From an uncultured Bacteroidaceae bacterium (GTDB lineage Bacteria; Bacteroidota; Bacteroidia; Bacteroidales; GCA-2748055), in NCBI GenBank assembly GCA_964538375.1, contig CAZIFQ010000010.1, forward strand, positions 12,738 to 76,737: a stretch of DNA of 64,000 bases. The letters are read 5' to 3'. Positions within the stretch are counted from its first letter, which is position 1. Every line of letters starts with the position of its first letter. Below are positions 62,242-64,000 of this stretch, piece after piece. Under the pieces are notes generated by a model, which saw only the letters and a list, made by a program, of their open reading frames with translations, did not search any database and had not been told where the DNA came from. Both the position numbers and the translations under genes were made by a program.

Positions 62242-63204
62242 TTACTTCTTCTTCATGCTCATCGCAGAGAGCATGTTGCCGTAAATATTATTCAGTTCGG
62301 AGAGGCTCTGGCTTAGTCTGGTAATTTCGTCTTTGTATTTTTGTGTTTCATCTACTGAAACTTTTAGACTGCTTACCATTTCATTAAGTCCTTTATATAC
62401 ATCTGCGGTTCCCTTAAGATGTTCTTTGCTTCCTTCAACCTGTTGTGTATATGTGCCATTCAATTCAGCCAGACTTTGACTGAGTCCATCCAATTGAGAT
62501 TGGAATTTCTTCTGACTATCAGAGATTTGAGCATGTTCTTGCTTTACCTCACCGCCCATTGCTTCATATGCTGCTGTTAAGTTTGCACTTGATGCAGCAA
62601 ATTTTTCAGCAATCTCAGTTCCTTTTTGATCGATCATCTGAGATGATTTCTTATAAGAAGCAGCCAGAACATTCACTTGCTCATTTAACTCACCGGTATT
62701 AGTTCCATAGGCAGTTGCTACATTGTCCATGTTGGTAGCGGCAGAACCCATTTTGTCAAAATACTCTTTGGTGGCCAGAGATGATGTAGTAATATCGGCA
62801 ATTGTTTCAGTGGTTGATGAGATAGACCCGAGGCTTTTGCCAAGTTTCTTTATATCTGATTCATTGATTTGAGATTCCTGCATCAGCTCATCGAATTTCT
62901 GAAGTCCTACATTTCTGTCGGCAATTGCTTGTTCCTTATACTCATCTATTTCGTCTGGATCAGACATTCCTGCTAATTCAGGATATACCATGGTCCAGTC
63001 TAATTCTTCGTGTAAGGGCTCAAATGCTGAGAAGAAGAAGATAATGGCTTCAATAATCAAACCGAAAGAAAGAGCAATTCCAGCTCCGGGCCAGTGCATA
63101 ATTTTAAATAGTGCTCCAAGAATAACAATGGAGGCTCCGAATCCATATAATTTGGCCGTGAACGATTTCCAGCCCGACGTTTCGACAATTTCTGTAATTC
63201 CCAT
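62242..63204 (-). CDS. gldL: T9SS/gliding motor protein GldL/PorL
   Basis: YGFGASIVILGALFKIMHW..EAIIFFFSAFE..W..VYPEL; C-terminal LNNIYGNMLSAM. Confidence 0.95.
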   Translation of the reverse strand: MGITEIVETSGWKSFTAKLYGFGASIVILGALFKIMHWPGAGIALSFGLIIEAIIFFFSAFEPLHEELDWTMVYPELAGMSDPDEIDEYKEQAIADRNVGLQKFDELMQESQINESDIKKLGKSLGSISSTTETIADITTSSLATKEYFDKMGSAATNMDNVATAYGTNTGELNEQVNVLAASYKKSSQMIDQKGTEIAEKFAASSANLTAAYEAMGGEVKQEHAQISDSQKKFQSQLDGLSQSLAELNGTYTQQVEGSKEHLKGTADVYKGLNEMVSSLKVSVDETQKYKDEITRLSQSLSELNNIYGNMLSAMSMKKK

Positions 63205-63223
63205 AATATAAAATTTAGTTTTA

Positions 63224-64000
63224 TTATGTACCTAAATATGAACGTACACAACGGAATCCCACATAGGATTTAGCGGTATCCTGATATTCATAGTCTCTCA
63301 TACTTACCTGCAGATATCTTGCTACATCTTTCCAGGATCCTCCACGAATTACTTTACGTTTCATCACCGGTGGATCTTCGGGAAGAGCATTGTATTTGTA
63401 GTTTGGATTAAGTGTGGCTGAGAATACGTATGCTGAAGGATCGTATGCATTAATTGTCCATTCGGCTACATTACCTGCCATATCATATAATCCATATTCA
63501 TTTGCTGAGAATGTGGCAACCCGCTCTGTTGTTAAGGCACCGTCGTCAATATAATTACCACGCAAAGGCTTGAAGTTGGCAACAAAACAACCCAATTTAT
63601 TTCTTAAATAAACACCACCCCATGGGTACATACTGTGATCAAGGTTACCCCTGGCAGCAAATTCCCATTCTGCTTCAATAGGCAGTCTGTAATCCTGTAC
63701 TAATGGCTGATTGGCTTGATGAAGAGCATCATTAAGGAAATTTGTTCTCCAGTTGCAGAAAGCATTTGCCTGTTTCCAGGTTACTCCAACTACCGGATAA
63801 TTATCGTAAGATGCATGCCAGAAATACATGTTTGTCATTGGCTCGTTGTAGGAATATGTGAAGTCGGCAATCCACACAAGCGTATCAGGATAAACTAAAA
63901 TATTCTCTTCCATCAGGAATGATTTCCGCCCGCTAATTGTATCTGCAACTCCAAGGGCATCAATTACTTTTCCGCCACTATAGGAAGCAACTTTTGTTAT
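63224..64000 (-). CDS. gldK: T9SS/gliding lipoprotein GldK/PorK (3' part; start beyond window)
   Basis: FGE-sulfatase-like fold: YPDTLVW, YPVVGVTW, RLP.EAEWE, DMAGNVAEW, RGGSWKD, GFRCV; frame open to 64000. Confidence 0.93.
   Translation of the reverse strand: MTKVASYSGGKVIDALGVADTISGRKSFLMEENILVYPDTLVWIADFTYSYNEPMTNMYFWHASYDNYPVVGVTWKQANAFCNWRTNFLNDALHQANQPLVQDYRLPIEAEWEFAARGNLDHSMYPWGGVYLRNKLGCFVANFKPLRGNYIDDGALTTERVATFSANEYGLYDMAGNVAEWTINAYDPSAYVFSATLNPNYKYNALPEDPPVMKRKVIRGGSWKDVARYLQVSMRDYEYQDTAKSYVGFRCVRSYLGT

Noticed and set aside
63224-64000. FGE-sulfatase (CLec-fold) C-terminus as a possible diversity-generating retroelement target
   Set aside because: It is gldK in its canonical operon; no reverse transcriptase or template repeat in the window

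Overview
A 64 kb, gene-dense, AT-rich chromosomal segment from a Bacteroidota bacterium, most like a free-living Bacteroidales/Marinilabiliales (inferred from the T9SS/gliding genes, TAnnTTTG promoter boxes, a SAM-II riboswitch and gpmI). It is mostly core genes: gpmI, mdh, secDF, tatA, ribE, metK, asnS, rpoN, rbfA, trpS, ung, mlaEF and manC. Type IX secretion/gliding genes are also present: gldKLMN, gldA, a 1973-aa SprB-like adhesin with a PorP/SprF partner, and a T9SS-exported CotH kinase. I saw no tRNA, rRNA, CRISPR array, prophage or transposase. The most interesting unexplained signal lies between trpS and ung: a perfect sigma54 -24/-12 promoter, candidate upstream activator repeats and an intrinsic terminator enclosing about 70 nt with no ATG ORF, i.e. 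a candidate sigma54-dependent small RNA. Other points: a SAM-II aptamer with an apparent anti-aptamer platform; ECF-like promoters ahead of both T9SS cargo genes; an exported kinase/phosphoesterase pair plus a VTC-DUF4956 pair; a frameshifted envelope gene; an atypical GH2; a 30-codon lipoprotein ORF; a 32-bp perfect palindrome; and several REP-like families. All family assignments come from motif recognition, not database searches.
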